NCBI GenBank assembly: GCA_964016885.1
Contig: OZ024743.1
Span: 109,058,001-109,122,000 of the forward strand
Direction of reading: 5' to 3'
DNA: 64,000 bases
Source: Eledone cirrhosa
Taxonomy: Eukaryota
Shown: positions 41,503-55,457 of the stretch, in pieces
Numbering within the stretch: position 1 is the stretch's first letter
Layout of the letters: the number at the start of each line of letters is the position of its first letter
Made by a program: the position numbers and the translations under genes
Notes under the pieces: model-generated
Seen by the model: only the letters and a program-made list of their open reading frames with translations
Databases searched by the model: none
Told to the model about the DNA's origin: nothing

Positions 41503-44500
41503 TTACAGACACATACTCAGAGAAGGCCCATTCATTCGGGCCATACTTGCTTCTCTCACCCATCTTTCAACAAAATGCTGGGAAGAGAGCACTTCCCTCT
41601 CTACCCTGATTTTCCTTTTCAAATGAAATTTGAAAAAGTTAATCAGGCCATCACCGAAGAGGTAAGTGCTCGTCTTCAGCCCTTTCAAACGTGTCCACCA
41701 TACTATCTCTTTCGCCATGGCCACCAGGCAGATAAAAACTGCCTGCCCTTCCAGGCTAAAGGAAGGGGGCGGGGCGATCCTCACGATGGACTCAGCTGAT
41801 AGCTGGATCCGTCCTACACGTGACAGCAGGTGTTCGACATAAACCCACAAGTCAGCAATGCTCGGACACTGGACGAGTGCGTGCAGGACGGTTTCGTCGC
41901 CCTGCGCGCATCTCGGACATGCCCGGCTGACGGCACCTCCATGCCTGTAGAGTTTATCCCGAACTGGCAAAGCTCCTCGGTAGCACTGCCAGGCCAGGGA
42001 TTTCTGGAAGTTGTCCATAGGCCCCGGCCCGAAAGTCCTTCCGAAGAGATTGGCTAGTTGATTTTCGTCGACGCCTAGAGATTCTCCAAGTACGTCGTCG
42101 CTCTTCCCCTCCACTAATCCCCTATAGAACGCCAAGGTGGAGTTTCCACCGATCACATTGCCCAATTGGTCGAGGGCTGTGAGCGCCTGAAGACATTCCA
42201 GTCTCCAAGCGCTCCCTCTCGGTCTTCGCTTGACCCAGGACTGCAGCTCCGTCAAGGAGACGAGCTGGGGAAAAACGTGTCTTGCAAATGGCGACCACAC
42301 CTGATCACCGTCGAGGAAGAGGTGGAGATGTCGTAGCCTGAGCGCGTGTCTGCGCATCATCAGCCACGGCATGCCCAGCCCTCCACGTAGCGGGTGTTGA
42401 CAGCAGATGGACCGCCTGACCATCGGAGCGCGTCGCTTCCACAAGAAGCGAAAGAGCAAACGCTCCAGCGCAGTCAGGCGGGGCTTAGGACAAGGTACGA
42501 CGGTCAGGCGGTACTAGATGACGGATGCGATGTACGCATTCGCCACCTCCGCTCGACCTTTCAGGGATAGCTTCCTCTCGGCCCATTTCTGGGTGAGAGA
42601 AGCCACCCTGCTCGTCACCTCGTCCCAGTTTTTGTCCGTCTGGAGGTCTGGACCGAACCAGACCCCTAGCAATTTAACCGGTCCATCCGTCCAGCGCCCG
42701 ACGACGCTGTTGGACGGCATGGACCTGCCTCTCCAGGTGCCGAGCTGCAGGCCCACTGACTTTTCCTGGTTGATCATTGCTCCTGTCACCGCTTCGTATT
42801 CTCTTAGTGTAGTGCCGATCGCCTCGATGTGTTTGGCGTTCGACACCACTACGGTGACATCGTCGGCATATGCTGACACGGATCTTCCGCATCCTAGTTC
42901 GCGCGGGACCCCCCTCAACGTCTCCAGTTTGTGCAGTAATGGCTCGAGAGTCAATACGTACAATAGGGACGAGAGGGGACATCCTTGGCGGACCGAGCGC
43001 ATGATGTTGAACGGTTCCGAAAGGTGACCGTTCACTCTCACTACAGAGCAGATGTTGCTGTGCATGGCAGCGATCCAGCCTCTGAAGACGGGCCCAAAGC
43101 CAGCCGCACTCAGGACTGCCGCTAGGTAACGATGGTCGACCCTATCGAAGGCTTTCGACTGATCTAAATTGATCAAAGACCCACCCGTGCCAGGTTGCCT
43201 AGCTACCCTCTCTACGATGTATCGCATGAGGTGGAGGTTGTCGTGGATGGATCTGTCGGGAATGGCGCATGTCTGTGCCTCTCCCACAGACCACCAACGA
43301 CTAGCGCCAACCTCTTTGCTAGCACCTTGGCCAAAATCTTGAACTCTGTGTTTAGCAGAGTTATGGGCCTAAAATTATATATGTTATCCCCCTTGTTCGG
43401 ATCCTTTCTCAGCAGCGCCACCGCTCCTCGGCTCACAGAGCTGGGAATTCTCCCGTTCTGTTGCCAGTTGCAGTAGACGTCCGCCAAGTGGCCTCCGAAC
43501 AAGTTTGGCATTTGTACGTAAAGTTCATAGGGCAGACCAACCAAACCAGGTGATTTACCCCTTGTGCAACTAGTCATTGCATCCCGTACTTCAGCGGTTG
43601 TTATCGGCTTTTCGCAACACTCCGCCTCAGTGGCCGAAAGCCGCGGCAGTCCGTCGAGGTAGACACTAAAGTCCAAACCTCGATCCGGCCCGCCACTGCC
43701 CCCGAACAGTTGAGCGAAGTGTCGCTGAAAAGCTTCACACATTTGCCCGGGATCGAGTAGCATGCGCCCGTCGTGGTCCACCAAAGACCGGATCGTGGCT
43801 TTGTTGCCACGACGCGCCTCCGCCACTCGGGCCCATTGAACGGCATTCGTCCCCTCGTCTCTGAGAGCACCCACCCTAGCTCTGACAACGCAGCCTTCGT
43901 GCTTTGCATTGAAGAATTGGTCAAGGGCCAATTTCGCCGCAAGTACGTCGGTCGCGATGCCTTTGCTAAGCGCCTCATCTAATTTTCTAACTAATTCTCC
44001 CTCTGCTCTATTTTTCTCTATTGCTAAAGTCTTACTAAACCTAATGGACTCTATTCTAATTGCTCTTTTCAGAGCAAACCACCACTTGTTGTTGACGATG
44101 GCCCCCGTCAACGCCCGCTTAACTAGTTCGTTAATCCGGTCTCTATAGGCCTTGCGCGCTGGTAAGGACGCGTTTAGCTTCCAGTAGCCGGATCCTCGTC
44201 TATGAAGCCTATCTAAGTCAAGCACACAGATCACGAATTTGTGGTCCGTGTAGCTGACTATCTTGAATTGTGGACAGCCTATGCTAGACCTATCAATTTC
44301 CCTACAAAATACTCTATCTAGATATGATATGGATGACCCTATGCGATTTGTCCAAGTCCACATTGGTACATTCGGGAAATCCATTCGGTACCTGTCAGAC
44401 AGTTCAAAACGTCTGGGCAGGTTGGTGAGACTCTTGCACCCTCCTTCCCTATCCACTAATCCCACACATTCCCAGCGTGCATCTAAGATCCCGTTCCAGT

Positions 44501-44919
44501 CGCCCACTAACACTAAAGAGTGGGACGTTCCAAGAAAGGTCTCCAGACGCCGGAAGAAATCAGGACGCCCTGCTCCTGTCGGGGCATAGACGGCCACTAA
44601 CCTGAAAGATGCCCGTCTCCGCTGGTCACGTCCAGCACCACCAACTTACCTTCTGGGTCCAGGAAGATGGCCCGTATGGCAAAATCCAAACCTCTCCGAA
44701 AAAGCACAACAACTCCTCCCCCGATCCCGGACGGCTGGGAGATGCGTACACATCGTAGCCGCCGAAGATCGGTGCGAAAGCCTGTGCTTCGGAGATTCTG
44801 GTCTCGCTGATGGCCACTACATCTATGTTTAGTGACCTGAGGTTGTTGAGCAGGTGGCCCTGCTTCCATGACGACCCCAAGCCACGCGCATTTATGCTGC
44901 CTATTCTGAGTGAGGTCAT
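41503..44919 (-). pseudogene. Tx1 ORF2 (APE endonuclease, RT, zf-RVT) with several frameshifts and stops
   Basis: MTSLRIGSINARGL, ISET, VYAP, VGDWN, YLDR, TDH, GYWKLN, NFRPITLLNTEFKILAK, LDQSKAFDRV, VRQGCPLS, AYADDV, CPRCAQGDETVLHALVQC. Confidence 0.93.
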
Positions 44920-44953
44920 GTTGAAAAGGAGTAGAAAAGATGGGAAAGACCAC

Positions 44954-46937
44954 TTACCTTACTTCTCGTAGGGGAAGGATGGTTTTTCCATCCTTTTCAC
45001 TGCTTGTGGCCTCCTCAGGAAGGATGTCCTTATAAATCCTCCTGGAGAGTGCTTGTCGGAAGTCTCCGATGTCTTTGGGGAATTTTTGTTTTAGTGTCAT
45101 GTACGTTTTCTGTGTGATGCGAGTGATTTGTATGTGTGGAGGTGTTGTGAATTTTGGGGTTGTTGTGTAGTCTTTTTCTGTGATGCTGGTGTTGTGTTGG
45201 ATGTAGTGTAATAATTGCTTGTTGTTCAAATTTAATGCTGTGTAGTGTGTATCGTTTTGGTTGTTTTGTTTTGTTTGCGTTTGTTGTGGGTTTGTTTCTG
45301 TTTCGCATTTTGGTGACTTTTGTGGTGTAGGTGATGGTGGTGTTGGGGTTAATGATGGTGATGGTGTTGGTGTTTGGGTTGATGGGGTTGGTGATGCTGG
45401 TGTGGATGGTGGTATATCTGTCCTAACTTTTTTATTTCTTAATTTATTTGTTTCCCTCTGTATTTTGTTTTTGGAGGGGGAAGGAAGAGAATTTTTTCTT
45501 TTTTGGTTTCTTTTTTTTTCCGGATATCGTTTCCCACTCCTCGTCGTCACAATCTGTCTCCAGTTGTGATAGGCCGGGGAGTGGAAAATCCTCCACAGGC
45601 GTTAGTTTTGGTTGTGGCGTGGTGGATGGTGTATGCGCTGGTGCTAGTTCTGAAGCGTTGGGTGGTGGTGGTGTTGGTTTTGCTGGTGGTGGTGGTGGTG
45701 TTGGTTTTGCTACTGTTGCTGGGGTTGTTGCTGTTATAGTTGCTTCTGTTGTTGCTGCTACAGTTGTTGCTGCCATCTCTGCTACTGGTGGTGTTGATGG
45801 TTGTGTCACTGGGGTGGGTAGGAGAGGTGGCCTCAACCTTTTAGCCTGAGGGCAGAAAGCCCTTAGGTGGGTTCCTTCACCACAAACGACACACCTAGGT
45901 CTTCTGCCCTCGACAATTACCGTGAGGTGGCTGCCGTCAGTGAGGTCTATTACCTCTGGGATCTCCTCAATGCTTTTTTTGGTCCGCTTGGTTCAGATCC
46001 GGACCAGTTCTCCTGCTTTTCTTTTGCTATTGCTATTATGTTTGTGATGGCTTCGATGCCGGCGAGGACGGCCGCTATTAGCCAGGGAATTTAGATGGCC
46101 GGTGGAACGTGGGTCACCCTGATCTTTACCAGTCTCTGGCCACAATAGCTTGGGACGAGTGTGAAGTCGTCACATCTTAATGGGGCCATGGAGTGTTCTC
46201 TAGCCTCCTCTGGTGTTTCAAAGAACACGTCCACGGTTCCATACTTCTGCCCACGTCTGATGTGGGTTTTTCTTGCCCACACATGTCCCAAAGCTTTTTG
46301 GATTTGGGACTCGGATGCCCGTTCCACTCGGCGCGATTTTACATTTATCGTTCGATACGATACGGTGCATAGGCGCCGATGCTCCATTTTATTAGGTGGG
46401 GGAGGGAGGGGGGGAGGCTGATCCTGTACCCATCTTTCTTTACCATTTGTTTGGCATTTTCTAAATCCTCCTGAGTTACCGTAAATGCTTCGAACTGTTT
46501 TGCTACTCTGACAAAACTGAGGGTCGTTTTTATAATGTCATTTTTGTTGTTGTTGCTATCGTTATTTGTGATAATATTAATTTTAGTTTCAGTTGTGGTG
46601 GTGACGTCAGTCGTCTTTGGTGGGGAAGAGTCCATTTTGCTTGATTTCAATTCGACATCACGAGTTAATTTATTATTTTCTTCTTTTGTTTCTGTTGTCG
46701 CGGTGGTGGTGGGGGTGGTGGTTGTCGTGGTGGTGGTGGTGGAGTAGGCTTTAACACATGCAGTCATTGGTAATGGCGGGAAATGAATGTCTGCCTGAGA
46801 CAAATTTAAAATATTGCTACTGCTTATATTTTTTTTGTGTTGGCAAACGTAGTAACATTTACAATGGTGGTGTCGGTGTGAGGTGTTAATTTGTGAGGAA
46901 AGCTTTCAGCTGCTTGGTGCAGAGGTGAATTAGCCAT
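44954..46937 (-). pseudogene. Tx1 ORF1 (gag-like), frameshifted
   Basis: Probable ATG at 46937 (MANSPLHQ...). Thr-rich N-terminus, an RRM-like block (GTVDVFFETPEEA), CX2CX4HX4C knuckle CVVCGEGTHLRAFC at ~45852-45893, and a Pro/Thr-rich, basic C-terminus. Confidence 0.82.
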
Positions 46938-47145
46938 TTTTTTTCAAAGAAATTTTTTGATAATAATAAAAGTTTAAATTTTGGGCACAAGGCCCCAATC
47001 TTTTTGGGTGTCCTTTTCGGAAAACAATGTATGTGCGCTTATATATGGTTAACAATAAAATTTTCCATAAATGGCAATTTTTAACAAACGGAAATAACAA
47101 ACCTTTGCGGAGCTCACGATGATACGATTTACTACGTAGGTCGCC

Positions 47146-47210
<65 letters not shown>

Positions 47211-47220
47211 TAATAATAAT
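47146..47220. repeat. (TAA)n microsatellite
   Basis: Directly visible. Confidence 0.98.
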
Positions 47221-47816
47221 CCGAGTGTAAACACCTAGCCCAGACCCACTATAAGGGCTGGAGACATGATGTGATGGGCAGGGTGATCCACTGGCACCTG
47301 TGCAAAGTAAACAATTTACCACATTCTGAGAAATGGTATGAGCATAAGCCAGAGGCGGTGATGGAGAACGATCAGGTGAAGGTGCTGTGGGATTTTAGGA
47401 TACAGACGGACAAGAAACTGGAACACAATAGACCTGACCTTGTGGACAAAGAAAAAGATCGTGTCTGATTGTGGATGTGGCCTGCCCATTCGACACGAGA
47501 GTGCAAGAGAAGGAGAGGGAGAAAATTAACCGATACCAGGACTTAAAGTGGGGGGTAAAAAGGATTTGGAACTGCCATTAAGTCAAAGTGATCCCGATTG
47601 TCATAGGCGCATTGGAGACTATCTCCAAAGGTTTCCAGGGATGGTTAAAGAAAATTGGCCCCTTCACGCTTTTTGGAACGCTTCAAAAGGCATGCTTGCT
47701 GGGAACAGCAAGAACCCTCCGAACGTCCTGAATATCTGAGGCTGCAGGTAGTGGCTTGATATTCATTCCAACGGACTTTCCAGTTGACTAACATCAATGA
47801 CTGAGATTCAAGGACT
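47221..47816 (+). mobile_element. 5'-truncated second R4/Dong-like family (RLE domain and 3' UTR) ending in (TAA)n
   Basis: HDVMGRVIHWHLC...WYEHKPEAVMENDQVKVLWDFRIQTDKKLEHNRPDL...VDVACPFD. Homologous to 40620-41080 but clearly diverged from it. Confidence 0.88.
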
Positions 47817-48231
47817 AATAATAATAATAATAATAATTTGTGTTGTTATTTAATCCGGAGCTTTGTAGTTATACAAGAGATATTTGCAGACATGTGGACA
47901 CCGTGAGAAGATTTCATATCTTGAATTTTGGCAATCACTATTACGCAATAGCGATGTTCAACTCGAACATATTTTCCAGACCTTTGCAGTTATCTCCCTT
48001 ACACCTTCCGCCCGTGGCCTTGTATCACTTGGGTTAAGTGACCGTTTCTGCGCATGCGCGTTCATACGGTTGTTCTTCCTGTTCCTTATAACCATGATCA
48101 GTACGAGCTGAAGGTCCGCTAAGATGAAACAATTGTTCTTCGTTTCGTGATCTAACTGTTGTGTTGCCATTTCTACCTTACTCGTCCCATGGACTGAGTG
48201 TTCTACCACTACGGATATTATCTTCCACTGT

Positions 48232-48345
<114 letters not shown>

Positions 48346-48438
48346 TTAAAAAGAACAGAAAGATGCAGTAAACGAGATTTATTCGGTTCTAACGTACGTT
48401 TCAATAGACATCAATTTGCCTAGATCTCGCTGCATCTA

Positions 48439-48476
<38 letters not shown>

Positions 48477-48529
48477 TATATACAAATTTTCTATTGGACA
48501 GAAAGGTCCCGCTGTTCTACAAAAGAAGG

Positions 48530-49620
48530 TATTAACAATGCATTTGGACCACATACCATACTTGAACTTAGTGCCAGGTACTGGTTCGCACGCTCTCGTT
48601 CCGGATATTACTATCTAGAAGATCGTCCCCGCGCATGATGTCGCCCATCTTTAATCATTGTTTCTACTTTCGGCACAAGGCCAGCAAACACCCTGTACAT
48701 TAATGGTACTTTATTTCATCGACCCCGTAAGGATGAAAGGCAAAGTTAACCTCGGCGGAATTTGAACTCAGACCGTAAAGGGACGTAACTATACTTGAAA
48801 GAATGGCGTCCGAATCTCTACCGATACTTCCAATCCACCGCCCTATTTAATCGCCCATCTTTAATAATAAACGACAAAATGACCTGGACGAATCCGACAT
48901 ACGCCATGCATCACGTCAACACTCCGAAATGTTTGGGACCTAAAAAAACCCATCATTCTTAATGACTTGTTTGTATCAGGGAACGTGTATAAGATGGACC
49001 ATTGGGTGCCCCACAAACTGCCTGATTGTAATCGTAATTGATGGACGGAAGATTCGACATCTCTACCTTCTTACTGTCGCACAACCCACTGATTAATTTC
49101 CATTGTCACTGGTGATGAATGATGGCGCCTCTACATTAATGTCTAGTTCAAGCGGTCGGGGATTGATAAAGAGTGTGTGCGACGACGGCAAGACACGGGT
49201 GGTGGCCAGCTTTGCAAGCCCTACAGAGTATCTGTCGGGGCTGTACAATACGAGATGGTCGCACTTACTACTAGCCTAAATTCTGGCGTCTATTTCGAAC
49301 AACTTATCAGATTTGCAACGAAAATCGTACTGGCGTGCCATACCATTATCTTGTCCGATTTCTTTATGATAAGACTCGGCTACATACATAAGGGATGTCC
49401 CGCGAGATGTTTCTGGAGCCGGTTTTGGATGTTCTGCCCATTCGCCGTATTCGCCCCACTTTGCACCTACAGAAAATCGCCATTGAAATCAACGGAATTC
49501 AACGGGTATAGAATCTTGAATCGTGTGCAAATCTCAAACGTGGCAGACAATAATGATAAATGAAGTTTAAAAGTGTCAAAGTCAATAAAGATTTTTAAAA
49601 TAGCGAGGACATTTGGGGGA
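48530..49620 (+). mobile_element. Mariner transposase fossil interrupted by a SINE
   Basis: SG...LEDRPR (~48600-48632), WVPHKL (49003-49020), IVTGDE*W (~49102) and HSPYSP (~49439). Confidence 0.82.
48657..48844 (-). mobile_element. SINE family A inserted in the mariner, with a 15-bp TSD
   Basis: tcgcccatctttaat at 48641-48655 and 48851-48865. Confidence 0.92.
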
Positions 49621-49733
49621 ACTCGCCCTGATTCATATCAACCACTTTCTTTTTAGGATTTACGAAACAATTGTCAGCACTGTGAATAAAGTCCTTATTG
49701 TACAGCCAACCATGTTACTCTTCTCTCTTGAAT

Positions 49734-49764
<31 letters not shown>

Positions 49765-51089
49765 ATATGTCAGTGTTTAATGTATGCAAAAGGTATTCAG
49801 ATATATATATATATAAGATGTTGCAAAGCAGATTTGGCTATTTGAAACATACCAATGGTTTTAATAAACTTTAATTTGTATAACCTTTCCCATATAATAT
49901 ATATAAACATGATACTAAATTTAAATTTAGTGAAGTTAAGTTAAAATATAATTTGATTTTGAATGAATATCTGTGGATACACCTATATATTAATGTATAT
50001 ATATATATACGTATATATTAATGCATTTATTTATATATATATATGTGTGTGATTTTGTTATGGCACGTGGCCTAATGCTTCGAGTTTGGGGGTCTGATTC
50101 CTGTTCGAACTAGGTGATGCAGTCTCATGCATTACATTTCACTGAGCATCGCCACAGCCGATAATTTGCATTGACCGTTTTCTTAGACAACATTCGTGAC
50201 GGGGAGATAGGTATGCATCGCCGAATGATGGCCTTTCACAGAAATATAAAAAAAAAAACATGACCATCATCTTGTGCTAGAAAGAAGCGCTTTTAGGTAC
50301 CCTTCCATGGTCAGCCCTAACTGAAGGGTGCCTACTATGGCGTATGAGTATGTGGGTGAAGTGTTGAAATCCAAACACAGATTTGGTACAATGGCAATAG
50401 AAATAATTTAGAATATCTAAAGCAATTAAAATCATTAATGTCACGGTAAATGAAATAAAACTAAATATGATTTTGTTTGACCACGCATACACTTAGAAAT
50501 ACTTTTCTATTAATAACTTATACGTAATATAACATACAAATGCCATCATGACATAGCCAAACAATCATACATAGAGAAATGCATCGAAACATCTCGTAGA
50601 AAATATTTTCAATATTGATGTCATAATTTTATTCTCAAAGAAAACGATTAACTAACATGGAGATTATAGCAAATTGACGCTATTTTATTGATAAAAAAGT
50701 GTAATTGTTCGGTAATAGATTTATCAATCCACAAGCATTACAACATAATCTAAGAACAATATGGAGAAAATATAATTCTATAAAGAACGAGATATAATGA
50801 TATTCAGAATGGAGTTATAACATGTATAAAACCTATTAGCTTTTTGAAAAAAGATAAATAGCGATTCATGGAAATGTATAGAAAAACAAATCAAAAACTC
50901 TTATATTCAAGTACCCCAAAATGGGAATGCAATGATTTCTATATGTATCAAATAATGTTAATATATGAATACTATATGTATCTAAAAACGAAACAATTCA
51001 AAACATTACATGTAAAATATAAATAACGGAGCTCTCCTAGGGTGTAAATAAATGTATGTCATTAACATTGATTTACTAAAAGAAGTAAT

Positions 51090-51187
51090 AATTGTTTCTA
51101 AGTTTTTGGCACAAGGCCAGCAATTATCCAGTGTATTAATGGTACTTTATTTTATCGACCCCGTAAGGATGAAAGGCAAAGTTAACT
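51090..51187 (-). mobile_element. 5'-truncated SINE family A with TSD
   Basis: actaaaagaagtaataat is present on both sides (~51075 and ~51185). Confidence 0.88.
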
Positions 51188-53326
51188 AAAAGAAGTAATA
51201 ATAGTATATACCACATAATTAATGTAAGCAGTCCGATAATCCTAATTAAACATACTTATTTCTGCTCAATAACTTAAAAAAAATGCGTTTGCAAGTATCA
51301 ACACATCGTACTGATTAATACAAACACATTCACTGAAATACAGAAAAAAAAGATAGACAAATGTGGTTATGTAAGCAAGATAATTATGTGCATGAATCTG
51401 TAACTATTTGTTACATATTGGCGTTGATCACTTTTACCCTAACTTCTGTCATGACCAAAGCAATATTCCTAATGTTATTTTTCATATTTATGGTATGTTA
51501 AATGTATTTCAGTAGAATGTTAACCATTGACGTGATTCATAGTTTATAAAACATACTGTTAATGAAAAATAGACCCTATATAATGTGATGACGAGATAAA
51601 TTATTATTGTGTGATTACATTATTTCTGGCAGAATAAGATATCGCGAGAGCAAGTGTAAGAAAAGTGGAATAAAATTGACTTTCGCCGGTTGCCGAAAAA
51701 TACGTAAAATCGTCAATTTATCGCAGGAAGCACGAATGTGTAGTAGGTCAAATAACAACGTCTTGATGAGAGACAGTAAAAGTATGAATAAGATACGTAT
51801 TTTACTAGAGATTTATTTCCTTTTCCACTCAGTAGTGAACTGCATTTTATTTTAGAAATATATTACGTTCAGTCAAAAGGGAAAGTATCAATAATCATTA
51901 TATATAATAAGGATAATATTAATCATTTTTAGACGGGGAAAATATACTAGACGAATTTTGATAAGTAATGTAAACAATTCAGTGCTTTGATATTGACAAG
52001 TATGTCATGCGTATAATGAAAAGGGATAATTGGTAATGCCTATAGAGTTATTCTAGACAAAATGCCAATTAGATCATCGAAAGAGCGAGAAAGATAAATA
52101 TTTAAGCGTGCATGAAGCTAATGAAACAAAACAGGAGGAAAACGAAATATATATTTCGAGCAGAAAAACGAACGAAATGTCAAGATGATCTTTCAAAAAA
52201 TCCCAACAAAGGACTAAAGGAATAATGAAAAACATAATTAGAATATAGTTGAAACATGGTGGGAAATGCCCAGAATATTCCAATGCTCTCATATCTTACC
52301 CCTAACACGACCTCTTTTAAATGAAACAAGTTGTTTCTTAGTGTCATTAGCATCATTTATTCTGCTGTAAGTATTTAAATAAAACGCCCAGGTCTACTTG
52401 ATTTTGCATTTTGCTACAGACATCGATATATAGCTTTGAAAATTGTGCACAGAGCGCATTAATCTCGTCAGCCATGGAAGATCTGAAACGGTTACGAAAT
52501 TTATATATCTTGTTTTGACTAATGGAAAAAGACACACACATGATATTAAAGGACCATGTATGGGACATCAAGAAATCACGAAATAAAGAAAGTTCAGTGA
52601 TATTTTGCCTTATATTAGCATGGATATGATTTTAAAATATAAAGTATAGAAATATGTTGCTAAAGATAAATGGCAATACACGATTAGAGCCCAGGGACCA
52701 TTGGCTTTCTACTTAATGAAGTATGCTACTGAAGTGCAAGACAATATTGTCTTCGCAACATAAAGTATACACTATATCAATAAAGGCTGCTTCTGCAAAC
52801 GTACATCCACCATAATATATTATGACAATTAACCATAACAGCGTTAACCATACATGTATGGAATTTGAGATGTGGATGGAGTGATAATATTGATATTGAT
52901 TTGTCAATCATCCAACTGAATACATCTTAGCCAAATCAGGCAAAAAAAAAAAAATAAAATAAATAGTCTGATACTTTGAAAAAGAGAGATAATGATGTAA
53001 GATTGCAGTACATCAAATATATTTTATCTTGCAAACTACAACTGAATTAAAACTGGATTGTTTACTTGGTGGAATTATAGGGAATACTCATAAATTTTGT
53101 AACCGGTCCCTGGTGATTTTGCACGATATAAAAAAATATGTTAGCATTATCAAAATATATACGTTAATATATGATCTGATAAGAAACGCCACCCCAGCAC
53201 TAAACCTCACGTAATGATCGTGTAGGGAAGTTTCGACATACACGCACACCTACAAACACTGAGAAACTAACACATACGCACCTACATATATAGATGTATA
53301 TATACATAATTGTACACACACATACA

Positions 53327-53398
<72 letters not shown>

Positions 53399-53400
53399 CA

Positions 53401-55410
53401 CAGAGGTATCCACAGTAAGTTGTGGGGTCCATTCTGAATGAAGAACTCGATGTAATCCATATGTTAAAAATGTTGGAGGTTAAAATAAATCCCGGAAAAC
53501 AATTAAACATTAGCAGAAAAACAGAGTCATGATATAAGTTAAAACAATGTAATAAAAACATCAAGTCATTAGAGATATACTTCACTGCTTTACGATCGTT
53601 TCTAGGTGATGATAATACATTGTAGCTATACTCCGTTATAGTATTGGTTGAAGTATTGTATTATTGGTTGAAGTATTGTATTATTTTCCCTTTTAAAATC
53701 TGTATTCCTATTTAATTTATGTTGGGGTGGTGTAGTCATATTATTTTTAAGTTTATAAATATTGTAGTTGCTTAATTTTTGCCAACCATAATCTACAGTA
53801 TGTACATTCACGATTTAACCACCCTGGCTCTATACTCAAGAACGTAGTATATAACATATCTCTTAGACTTTCTAAATTATCTTCCACTGAAGATATATTT
53901 TATAATAATGCACCCTTCTACAACGAGGCCCTAACTAGAAGTGGATATAAAGAAAAAATCTCATATAGCCCCAACACTAAATATAAAACCTAGCAAAAAC
54001 TAAAAACACCAAAACATACCATTGAAACAAATAACTAAATTGGTTATTCCTGATACACCAAACAACCGAAAAACCACAACAAATATTACTACACGATCTA
54101 TGACCAATGTTATCAACTCACATATATGAAACCAAGCATTCAAAATCTCATAATCTACACAATTATAACACCAAATATAACCATGGTAATTTACCAAATT
54201 CCACAAATAAGGATACTAAGCATAGGAATTATTCTAGAACACAACACAATAATATAAGTGGTAATAAGAACTTAACTAAAAAACCGCAAAAGAAACATTA
54301 GATGGTACAACGCACCCTTCAACCTGCAAACTATTGGATAAATACCCCCACAATTAGTTGAAATTCTACATAAACATTTTCCACCGAACCACAGATACCA
54401 CCAAATATTTAATAAATATACTGTTAAATTCCCATACTCTACATCAAAAATCCCCAGCAAAAAATAAGAAACTACAACATTTATAAACTTAAAACTAATA
54501 TGACTACACCACCGCAACATCATTTAAATAGCACTGCACCTTTTAAAAAGGCAAATAATACAATCCTTCAACCTAGAAAACACAACCACACAAATCACCA
54601 ACACAAAAACAACAGAACACAAAATCACAATAAAACCTAGCACCAAACCACCCACAAAGCAACCTTCATTCTCCTGCTAACATTAATTACAATAGGAATA
54701 GCTCAAGAATTAATGAGAATAGTATAGGCACCACCAACAACCATCTTACGTATGGTTGTAATTGCAGAAATAGAAGCATCTGCCTCTTAAATGGCAACTG
54801 TTTGATTAATAATGTAATATATAAATGCACTGTGTCTACTACAGACTCCAAAAAAGCATATATAGGATCTACATCAAGCACATTTAAGAAAGGATTTTAC
54901 GCACACTCTAGTAGTTTCAACAATACTAAACTAGCTAACACCACATCTTTAGCTGAAGCGGTAAATCATTATAAAAGGAAAAAAATAGATTTTAGTTATC
55001 ATGGAACACCATTCTACAAGGAACTCCATATCTTAGAAATAGGAGGGAATGCAGATTATGTTCAGGGGAGATATTGTAAATTACTAAATCTAAGGACGAT
55101 TTATTAAATAAAAGGTAGGAACTGATCATAGTTTGTAATCACCGTATACGAAGAACATTTAAATACTATAAACCTAATTAAATATTCTAAAAAGCAACTC
55201 ACTATAATTCTATATATACATTTATTAGTACCCCTTTCCCCTAATTATATGCATTCATTTTTACCTTTTAATGTTTTAGCTTCCTTATGTTTATGCGTTA
55301 ATGACTAAAGGCAACAAGGCACACAACCACCCATGAGAAAAATGTATATCTATGTATGATATGGAAATATATTTATGTGTGTGTATATATATATATATAT
55401 TTATATATGT

Positions 55411-55457
<47 letters not shown>

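Larger units (their letters stand above)
41259..47145 (-). mobile_element. Full-length Tx1-clade (L1 group) LINE, ~5.9 kb, flanked on both sides by (TAA)n
   Basis: ORF1 has a CCHC knuckle. ORF2 has APE, RT and a C-terminal Cys domain. TAA runs lie at 41233-41258 and 47146-47220. Confidence 0.93.

Noticed and set aside
42518-45849. Plus-strand ORFs overlapping the Tx1 element
   Set aside because: These are antisense shadows of GC-rich coding sequence with no motifs.
52353-52490. Possible minus-strand exon (SSMADEINALCAQFSKLYIDVC...)
   Set aside because: An acceptor-like tttcag is present, but there is no recognisable homology or partner exon.
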